Source: Myxococcales bacterium
GTDB taxonomy: Bacteria; Myxococcota_A; Polyangia; Polyangiales; DASUME01
Reading direction: 5' to 3'
NCBI GenBank assembly: GCA_047601445.1
Contig: JASGJH010000001.1
Location: 6,784,001-6,848,000, forward strand
Length of the DNA stretch: 64,000 nucleotides
Below the pieces are notes generated by a model. It saw only the letters and a list, made by a program, of their open reading frames with translations, was not told the DNA's origin and searched no databases. Position numbers and translations under genes: made by a program. Position 1 is the stretch's first letter, and each line of letters opens with the position of its first letter. This document shows positions 50,186 through 58,900 of this stretch, one piece after another.

Positions 50186-51514
50186 ATGAGTATGCGAGCA
50201 TCGTTGGAACCCAGGAGTCATGGGACGAACAAGACGACCTTCGATCCGCAGCAGGAGCGCGCGATCGAGTACCTGCGGCGGGAGGCGCGACGGCGGTGCA
50301 CGGCCGATGGACGGCCGCTCGGCTTTCAGGCGTTCATGGTAGGCATGGGACACGGCGTGCAGGAGCTCGTTCCGCGCACGCCCGAGGTGTTCTCCAACCT
50401 ACTGGCGCTGGCCGCGCTGGGAGGGCTGGATCACCCGAGCGTGAGCTCACTCTGCCATTACCTACTCGGCTCGTTTCGAGACCTTCATGCCGACGGACTC
50501 TACCGCTTCTTCCGCTCGGCGCGGCTGAGCGGTGACACGGACTGCACCGGGCTCGCGGTGCGTGCGCAGATCGAACTCGGAGAGCTCGACCCCACTGACG
50601 CGGCGGGCGCGCGCGAGCTCAAGCAATTCACTGACCGGCTGCTGGGCTGCGCTTCCATCGCCAGCACGGCGTCGGCCGACAATCGCGTACTGGGCGTCGA
50701 GAACGGCGAGCTGCACCGCCGTGTGATCAAGCTGACCCCGCACGACCACGCCGGTGCAGACCTGGTAGGTGATCGCGGGCTCATGCACGATCCGGTCGCG
50801 TGCTGCCACGCGCTCTACCCGTTGCTGGCGGAGCTCCGCGCCGGTGCGCGACGCTCGGACGTGCTGGTGCGACTTCGCGAGCAATGGATGGATGAGCCTG
50901 GCCCACGGCTCGGCCTGACCCACGCCGACTCGGTGGTGGCCGCCAGCATCCTCCACGTGCTGCGACACCTCTCTTCAGGAGCTTGGCGCCAGGGCACGAG
51001 CCTCTATGCACCACCCGAGCTGTTCCTGTACGCGCTGAGCGAGCTGCTGCGGGAATTCCCTGAGTTGGATCACGCCTTGGTGGGAGCGCGCAGCGTGCTG
51101 CAGCACGCGCTGCTCGAGCGACGGCACGAAGCGCGTCGAGCCGGGGCCTTTCAAGTAGCCTTGCGGGCGAACGTGGCGCTCAACCTGGGGCTCGATCCCG
51201 AGCCCGAGCGCCGTGGGTTGCGCCGAGCCCAGCGCGCGGACGGGGGATACTCGGGCTACAAGGCACTCTATACGTTCAACACTGCCCAGGCGAGCGTGGT
51301 CTACTTTGGCTCCTCGCCCGTGACCACCGCGTTCGCGATCAGGGCGCTCTCGGAGCCGCGTGCACCTCTGCAGCGAGGAAGGACGGGCTGGTTCGACCCC
51401 GTCGCTCGACGTCTAGGCGAGTTCCTGCGGGATTGTCACGGTTCGTGGCCCGCGCCCTCGCACGGCCTCGCGCCACTCGCGAAGCGCAAGCCCGCGCGCG
51501 ACGCACTGCGCTGA
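50186..51514 (+). CDS. Putative stand-alone class II terpene cyclase beta-domain (prenyltransferase/squalene-cyclase fold) protein
   Basis: DxDxT-like DTDCT, DPVACCHAL, GTSLYAPPELFLY, QW-like AQRADGGY, YFGSSPVTTAFAIRAL; same motif order as the beta-domain of HAD-type drimane cyclases (pattern recognition). Confidence 0.6.
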   Translation: MSMRASLEPRSHGTNKTTFDPQQERAIEYLRREARRRCTADGRPLGFQAFMVGMGHGVQELVPRTPEVFSNLLALAALGGLDHPSVSSLCHYLLGSFRDLHADGLYRFFRSARLSGDTDCTGLAVRAQIELGELDPTDAAGARELKQFTDRLLGCASIASTASADNRVLGVENGELHRRVIKLTPHDHAGADLVGDRGLMHDPVACCHALYPLLAELRAGARRSDVLVRLREQWMDEPGPRLGLTHADSVVAASILHVLRHLSSGAWRQGTSLYAPPELFLYALSELLREFPELDHALVGARSVLQHALLERRHEARRAGAFQVALRANVALNLGLDPEPERRGLRRAQRADGGYSGYKALYTFNTAQASVVYFGSSPVTTAFAIRALSEPRAPLQRGRTGWFDPVARRLGEFLRDCHGSWPAPSHGLAPLAKRKPARDALR

Positions 51515-51607
51515 CCCGCTCTTCCCGACTAGGGGCTGTTCCTAATTCCGGGGCTCTTTTGAGGCGGCCGGGGGGCGATGGCGTCAGGCGTGCTCCTGTT
51601 CGTCATC

Positions 51608-51648
51608 GTGTTCGTCCTCGTCCTCGTAAGACGTAGTCGTGCGCGTGC
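51608..51648. repeat. Left arm of 41-bp inverted repeat (CGTNNN-hexamer based) flanking the four-helix-bundle gene
   Basis: GTGTTCGTCCTCGTCCTCGTAAGACGTAGTCGTGCGCGTGC matches the reverse complement of 52037-52077 at 39/41 positions. Confidence 0.95.
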
Positions 51649-51653
51649 CCGGT

Positions 51654-51992
51654 TCACCGGCACATTTTGCTGAGCATGGAAACCACGCGCACGCAGAGAG
51701 TCTTTGCGGTGGTCGCGGTTTCCGGCTCGACGAGTGCCTGCATGCGGAGCAGGTCAACGATTGCGGCGCACTCCATGGCAGAACCTCGCGCAATGGCATG
51801 GTAGCGAGCGCGCTCCCGGTCGGAGGTCTTGCCGGCTCCCTCTGCGATGTTGAGGGGAATCGAAATGGTTGCGCGTTTGAGCTGGTCCGAGAGCTCGGCG
51901 TGGCCGCGGGGCATCTTCTCGAGGATTTGAAAGGAGAGCGCGGCAAATTGCAGAGCGCATTGGTAAACGTCGAGCCGTTCGAAATCTAGCAT
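51654..51992 (-). CDS. Four-helix-bundle protein (23S rRNA intervening-sequence protein / Avd-like family)
   Basis: 112 aa; FERLDVYQ, LSDQLKRATISIPLNIAEG, AIARGSAMECAA, VSMLSKM. Confidence 0.92.
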   Translation of the reverse strand: MLDFERLDVYQCALQFAALSFQILEKMPRGHAELSDQLKRATISIPLNIAEGAGKTSDRERARYHAIARGSAMECAAIVDLLRMQALVEPETATTAKTLCVRVVSMLSKMCR

Positions 51993-52036
51993 GCCATCTG
52001 TATCGGCCGAACCTCGCATTGGTTGCGCCATTTCGC

Positions 52037-52077
52037 GCACGCGCACGACTACGTCGCACGAGGACGAGGACGAACAC
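52037..52077. repeat. Right arm of 41-bp inverted repeat flanking the four-helix-bundle gene
   Basis: GCACGCGCACGACTACGTCGCACGAGGACGAGGACGAACAC. Confidence 0.95.
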
Positions 52078-52114
52078 ATGACGCTCACGAGAACGGCGCC
52101 TTGGAGCTGCGGGG

Positions 52115-52866
52115 TCACGCTACCCAGAGACAGACGCACGCAAGTTGCAGCAGAGCCAGGTAGCTCTGCGCAGTCTTCTCGTACCGGGTTGGGATGGCCC
52201 GGAACCTCTTCAGATTGTGGAAGAAGACCTCCACCAAGTAGCGCTCGCGGTACAGGGTTCGGTCGAGCCGGCGTCCGTTGTACTTGCGAGTGGGGTTGTT
52301 GCAGATGACGGGTTTCATCCCCTGCGCGCGGACTGCCTCGATAATGCGGTCTGCGTCATAAGCTGTGTCGGCAATGAACGCCCGCCCCCGAGCGTGCGGT
52401 AGAAGCTCTTCCGCCATCGTCGAGTCGTGCTGTTGTCCAGGAGTCAACGCGACGTGCAGTGGGCGTGCCTTAGCATCGACAACGGTGTGGATCTTCGTTG
52501 AAAAACCTCCTCGAGAGCGGCCCAAAGCATTGGATTGGACCCCCCTTTTCCGCCCGAAGCGTCTTGGTGCGCCCGAACGACAGAGGCATCAATGATTGAG
52601 CCCGTTTCATCCACGTCCAGCTGCAGCGCCTTGAAAATCTTCTCCCAGGCCCCCCGCTCGGCCCAGTTGTAGAATCGGTTGTACACTGAGTTCCAGGGGC
52701 CGAACCGTTCGGGCAAATCACGCCACGGACAGCCCGTCTTTGCCCGGTAGAGCACGGCGTCGATGAACAACCGGTCTCCGAGCTTCGAGGCTGGTCCGGG
52801 GCGGCGCTTCGGAAACTGTCCCTGGAGGCGCTCCCATTGCTGGTCGGTCAGAGCGTGGCGGTGCAC
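52115..52866 (-). CDS. IS5-family DDE transposase, two ORFs joined by a probable programmed -1 frameshift
   Basis: OrfA: LTDQQW, GCPWRDLPERFGPWNSVY, IIDASVVRAH. OrfB: GRSRGGFSTKIH, IADTAYD, YRERYLVEVFFHNLKRFRAIPTRYEK. AAAAGGGGGG slippery run at ~52540-52549. Confidence 0.93.
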
Positions 52867-52928
52867 AGCAAGCTTTGATCACGATCCGGATCTCAGCACA
52901 AATTAGCGGCAAGAATTAGGAACAGCCC

Positions 52929-55900
52929 CTAGACCAGCCGAACGGCTAGCCCTTGCGCCTCGTAGATGCGCTTGCCGTCGACCCAGAGCGAGCCCGCTCC
53001 GACCACGGTGGTGTGACGGTCGCCTGTCTCGATTCGCGTGATCTCCACGTCCACCTCGACCAGGCGATTCTCCGGCACGACCTGTCCGCGATACTTCCAG
53101 GTCATCGGCACCCCGCTGGCCTGGGTCTCGAAGCGTCCGGCCGACCGCGCGTCGAGGTCCAGCGAGATCGCGAGCGCCTCGAGGGCTTGGAGCAGCGCCT
53201 GTAGACCGATCGAACCAGGCTGCACGGGATCTTGGTAGAAGTGTGCTTTGAAGAACCACTGGTCTGCGTGGATGGCGGTCTCCGCACGCAGGCGTCCCAG
53301 CGCGAGCTTGCCACCTTGCGGCCAGAGACCGGTGATGCGGTCGATCACCCGCAGCCGCTCGCTCGGAAGACGTAACGTGTTCCCGTAGTAAGGCGAGGGC
53401 TCTCGAGCCAAGTCGATCTGCGTGATGCTCGGCTCCCGAAGGCAAGCCCGCTGCTCGGCGGACGTGGGCAAGCCGACCTGGTCGGCCAGGGTTTCGCGCG
53501 GAAAAAAGCCGAACACGGTCTCCAGGGAGTAGAGCAGGCGCTCACCTGCGCGCATCTGGACGTCGAACCCGAAGATGCTGATGCGATCGGCGCGCGAGAC
53601 GGACTTGAGCGTGGTCTCGATCGTGACGGTGCCCACGTCCGGAGGGAGCTCGGCGTGCAGCATGCCCTTGCCGTCGAGGTTGCGGAAGTAGAGGTTGTCC
53701 TCCGACTGCAGTGCGCCGCCGACGTAGGAGGCGAGCCAACCGCAGGGCTGGAGAGCCGTTTCGAGCAACACCGCGAAGGGCATACTGGGGGCGTTGTTCT
53801 CGGCGAAATACCAGGCGTCCGCAGGGACGTCGTACTCGATTTCGGCGCGGCTCCCGACCTGCATGCCGCCGATGGGACCGCGCACGTCGCGCACGCGCGA
53901 GAGGAAGTGGTAGGGAGGTGCGGGCAAGCGGGCCACGCGCCGAGGCCCATCGAAGCGTGCGTACATGGGACCGAACGCGCTGGATGGCTTGCCCCAGGCG
54001 CAGGCCATGAGCGAGGCATAGTCGAAGCGAAACCCATCGACGACCGCGACCGGGCGCTCGTCGACCGCCGCTTCGAGCGCCAAGCGACCGGGGTCGAGCG
54101 GCCACGCGGGCACCAGGCGGAGCGCCATGCGCGTGCAATGAAAGGCCTTGTGACCGTCCACTGAGCCGAGGATATCCGCGTAGAGAGTGGGTGCGGGGCC
54201 ACCGAGGATCTCCTCGACGAAGATCTCGTAGACCACCTCACTTGAGGCCGGCGTGGCCTGACCGCGGCAGCGCAGCACGTAATTGTGATCCTGGGCGGGC
54301 TCGAAGCGTGAGCCGTCGTGATCCAACGTGTGGCCCAGCGCGATCATCATGATCTGCATGGCTTGCAAGCCGCCTTCGAACATCAAGGTGCCCGGCATGC
54401 ATGGGTCGTTCTTGAAGTGGCCCCTGAAGAACCAGTGATCCGGCTTGAGCGCGAGGCGTGCCCGCAAGTAGCCGCGGCCCCAGGGGCCGCCGCGGGGGTC
54501 GAAGTGGGAGACGTCGTCGAACATGCGCATGCGGCCCGCGGGAAGCGTGGGCGTGCGCGAGTGGGTCTGCGCGCGTGCGAAGGCAGGGCCCAGACAGTCC
54601 ACCAGGCGGCCCTCGGTCAAAGCGCGGATGTCGTCGTGGTCGAAGCGCGTTCGTTCGCACAGGGCCCGAGCCGGTTCGAGCTGCGCCTCGTCGCGCGCCA
54701 CGGGCACCGCCGTCTCGGCGGACCAGAGTACACCTGCGGAGCGCGCGAGTTCCTGATCGGTGAAGAAGCCGGCCTGGCCATTGCGTACGCTGAAGCGCAG
54801 CTCGTCGTTTATCCAGCAGTCGTAGTGGAAGAAGAACAGGCGGACCCCGTCTTGCTCGGCGTGTCCATCGACCGTGATCTGGTAGTGCAGGGTCTCGCCC
54901 ACCTTGGGCAACTCACCGAAGCTCTTGAGCTCGCAGCCGAGCAGGCGGTAAACGCGCTCGCCGCGATTCACGAAGTCGGCGCCGAGCCACGAGATGAGCA
55001 TCAGATCCGCCTGCCCGGACTCGACCATCAAACCGGCGGGCATGCGACCTTCGTACAGATACCAGGCATCGGCGCGCACATCGGTTTCGGTCCAGATGGT
55101 ACCGAGACCAAGTGTGCCGGGCTCGCCGTCGATCCCGAGCACGCGGTCGGCCAGCAACAGCGGCGGTTCGGGCATGCGCACTTGACGTGCGTGCTGATCC
55201 TGTTGGGCGAAGCTCGGGCCGAAGATCTCGGAGATGCGGCCGGAGGCGTGGATCTCGAGCTCGGCGCGACCGAACGAAGGTCCGCTGGGGGGCCTGCGGA
55301 TCGGCTGGGAGCGCGGGCTCGGTGGCTTGCGGGCGACAAGCGTGGCGTTCGTGAGCGGCACGCGGTTCGCGCTTTCCGTGGTCGCGTGCTTGGCCATGGG
55401 CAGCGTGACTGGAGCGCGGACCGGAGCGGCTGGCGTAACGACCGCGAGCGCAGGTAAGGCGGCCGCCTCGCACCCGGTTGTGCCGCCGCGAGACGTGGGT
55501 CCGCCGAAGGTGCCTGGGGCTGCTGTTTGCTGGGCAAAAACGAGGTTCACGAAGCGCGTTTGGGTCTGCGCCTGATGGGTGATGAACGCTCGGTGCAGGG
55601 TCGAGAGCTGTTCGTGATGGGCGGCCAGTTGTGCGAGCGCTCGTGTGCTCGGCGCGCGACCCGGGGCGGCACCGAACGCCGTTTGGTCGGACTGGTTGCG
55701 GTGTGCGGCGGGATCCGGACGCACTACGGACTGCCACCATAGCGGAGGCAACGGTTCCTCGGCGCGTAAGGGAGGGGGTTCAGCCTCACGTGGCGCCGCA
55801 GGGAGCGCGCTCGGATGTCCGGGCACCCGCAATGTGCGCTGATGGGCAAGGGATGGTCCGGCTGAGGGGCGCAGTGGCTGCGCATGGAGGCGCCCGTGCA

Positions 55901-58900
55901 GAAGCGTGAGGTCAATCTCCACGCCGGCTACGAAGAGCTGCGCGGCGGCCTCGACTGCGTGCAGCAGCGAAGAGCGGCCGTAGCTGTCGAGCGAGATCGC
56001 CAGGTGCTCGCGTTCGCCAAGGATTTGGCCGATCCATTTGGTACAGCCCGCGTGGGGCCCGTGCTCCACGAAGACCCGCACTCCGTCTGCCCACGCACGC
56101 TCGATCAACGCAGGGAAGTCCACCGTGTTCATGGCCTGACCGGTCAACGCGTCGGCGACGGATCCGGTGTCGGCGACATAGCTCGCGCAGGTAGCATGGG
56201 TATAGAAGCGCACTCCGGGCACGGCCGCCGTGGGGCGCGTGTGCAGGGCTCGCCAGCGGCTCTCGAATTCACGGGCCTCTGGGCAGTGCATGATGAAGTC
56301 GTAGCCTGGTGCGCGCGTGGCGCGGCGTCCCAGGCGCGCGGCCACACGGGCGCAGGCGGCGGGCTCGCCAGCGAAGAACATGTCCTCGCGTGTGTTGATG
56401 ATGGTGAGTCGAACGCGCGGTTCGGTCTCGAGCGCCGCGCGGACCTCGGCGATTGGGGCCCGGACGCGCCAGATCGCCCACTCGGCGCGCTGGGAGGAAT
56501 CGAGCTGCCAGGCCCGCCGCAGGCAGCGCAGTTCGCCGCAGAGCTCCGAGTCGTAGACGTGCGATGCCTCGACCGAGCGCCGGAAGCCGTCGAGATCACA
56601 CCAGGCGTCGAGCGCGAACATGGAGTTCGTCTCGCCCGAGCAGTAGCCGATGGCGGCCGTCGGCCGCAGGCCCAGCGTGCGGCGCGTGAGCTCGGTGTGG
56701 AGCTGGCACAGGAAGGACGAACCCCACAGCTTCTCCAGTGGCGTGGAGTCCTGGCTACGTGAAGGATCGGCGGCGTAGACCCAACCCGCGGCATCGAACA
56801 GGCTGTGTGCGCGCGCGGCGAAGTGATCGACGAGATCGGGAAAGGCCAGCGCCAGATCGCGGCCCATTTGTGGGTAGGCGCCGGCGGCGCCGGTGTACAC
56901 GAACGCGAGCTCTCCGTGGAGCGGCCGCGTGCTCATGAAGACGCCGTCCTCGAGGGCGCCTTCGCATTCGTCCTTGCCCCAGGTGCGCAGGCGCCGAATC
57001 GCGCGCTCGATGCGGGCCTCGTAGTGGGCGGCGCTGTCGGCGACGATGCCGAGGCGCAGCGAGCCTCGAGGGGCCACCTTGGGCGCGAGCTCGCGGCGCT
57101 CGAGGGCGCTCAGGAGGCCGTCGACGTCGTCGGCGGCGGCCACGCCGAAGTGCGGTCGCTCTGCGAGAAACACGGGAGCTGCGCGGGAGCCGGGCACACT
57201 GCAGACCACGGTGCTGCTACGCCCGCCGCCAAGCGAGGACACCTGCACCTCGGCGCTGCGCTGCTCGGCGCGTGGAAGCCAGGGCATGGGCCCGTGCGGG
57301 GAAGGTAGGGTGCGCTGCGCGCAGGCGGCCACGGCCATTGCGATCTGCAGCAAGCCCGAGGCTGCGTGGGCATGGCCGATGTGCCGGGGGGCGCCGTGGG
57401 AACTCTCGGCAGCGAGCACGAAGGAACCCACTGCTTCTCCAGGATCGACCAGAGCCAGCACCGGATCCCCTGCATGCATGGCATCGGCATGGCGCTTGAG
57501 GACGAGCATGACGGCGGCGTCTCCGGGCTCGTGCTGTGCCACCGGGAGCAGCTCCCGCGAGGCCGTCTGTTGCACGATCTCGCATGTCATGTCGACCGCG
57601 CCCACCACGGCCGCGTCGATCTCGCCGGCGCGCAGCGCGCGCACGGCCAGCTCCAGAGCGATCACGCCGGAGCACTCCTCGGCCGATACCGTGAAGCTCG
57701 GTCCCTCGAAGCCGAGCTGCTGGTTGATGCGATTGGCCACGATGTTGGGCATGGCGCCCACGGCCGCGGACGCGGACAGCGGCTCCGAGGAGAGGCTCGG
57801 GGGAAGCTTCTCGATCCACGCGCGCGATCCGCGATAGCGCACGGCGTGCCGCGCGACCTCGGCGTCGCACTGCATCCCCACCAGTACACCGGTGCGCTCA
57901 CGCGGCAGGTGTCCGACGACGTCCGAAAGATCCTGCAGCGCCGCCAGCAGCAAGAGTTGCTGGGGCAGGGCGACCTGCAGGTCGGCAGGGGGCGTGCGTA
58001 GGTTCGTGGCATCGAGCTCGAAGCTGTCGATGGCGACCCCGGCGCTGGGCCGAACGCCCGAGTCGAACCAGTGGGCGACGAGATCGGTGGCTGCGCCCGC
58101 CGCGCCTGAACGTACGACCTGCGCCACCACGGCGACCTGCCGCTCGTGCGAGACCGGTGTCGACGTGCGCGGTAGCGCGCGCGGACGGGGGCGGAATTCT
58201 TCGAGCACGAGGTGGGCGTTGTTGCCGCCGAAACCAAAGTTGCTGATGGCGGCCCGCCGAATTCCTGCGCAGGTCCAGGGCTCCTCCTCGTGCAGCAGAC
58301 GGAAGGCGCGATCGCCGAGCTCCGCACAGGGAACCTCCGCGTGCAGGGTGGCAGGGCGGACCTCGTGCTTGAAGGCGGCTAGCACCTTGAGCACGGCGGC
58401 GCCCCCCGAGGCGGTGATCAGGTGGCCAAGGTTCGATTTCAACGAGCCAATCGGCAAATCGGTGGATCCTTCGAACACGCTTCGCATGCTGCGCAGCTCG
58501 GTGTTGTCCCCGAGCATGGTGCCGGTCGCATGGCACTCCACCAGCGACACGTCGCGTGGCGCGAGACCGGCGTGGCGGTAGGCCGCGCGCAGGGCCCGGA
58601 CCTGTCCGGCTTCGTCCGGCACCATCAGGCCTCGGCTGCGCCCGTCGTTGGAGAGCCCGATGCCGCGGATCAGGCCGAGTACTGGCTTCCCCTGGGCCAG
58701 CGCGTCCGATACCCGCATCAGCACCACGAGCGCCGCGCCTTCGGACGGCACCAGTCCGTCGGCGTCGCGGTGGAACGGCCGACTCTGTCCAGTAGGGCTC
58801 AGCGCCTTGAACGCGGTGAACCCCGCGTGCAGAAACAGGCTGTCCGCGTGGTTGACGCCGCCAGCTAGCATGAGATCGGCTCGACCGTCCTGTAGTCGAT

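Larger units (their letters stand above)
51533..52928 (-). mobile_element. IS5-family element (IS427-like group), 1396 bp, carrying a passenger gene
   Basis: Perfect 16-bp TIR GGGCTGTTCCTAATTC (51533-51548 and 52913-52928); CTAG directly outside both ends (51529-51532, 52929-52932); split IS5 transposase. Confidence 0.92.

Noticed and set aside
51654..51992. Diversity-generating retroelement suggested by the Avd-like gene
   Set aside because: No reverse transcriptase and no TR/VR direct-repeat pair seen in the window; the flanking repeats are inverted
51533..52115. 23S rRNA with intervening sequence
   Set aside because: Flanks are IS sequence and protein genes; no rRNA-like sequence recognised
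51584..52308. ORFs 51584..51946 (-) and 51991..52308 (+) with EDEDEH tracts
   Set aside because: Translation shadows of the hexamer inverted-repeat arms, overlapping the real four-helix-bundle and transposase genes
52929..52932. IS-caused truncation of pfa3
   Set aside because: The TAG stop lies within the duplicated target and persists in the reconstructed empty site
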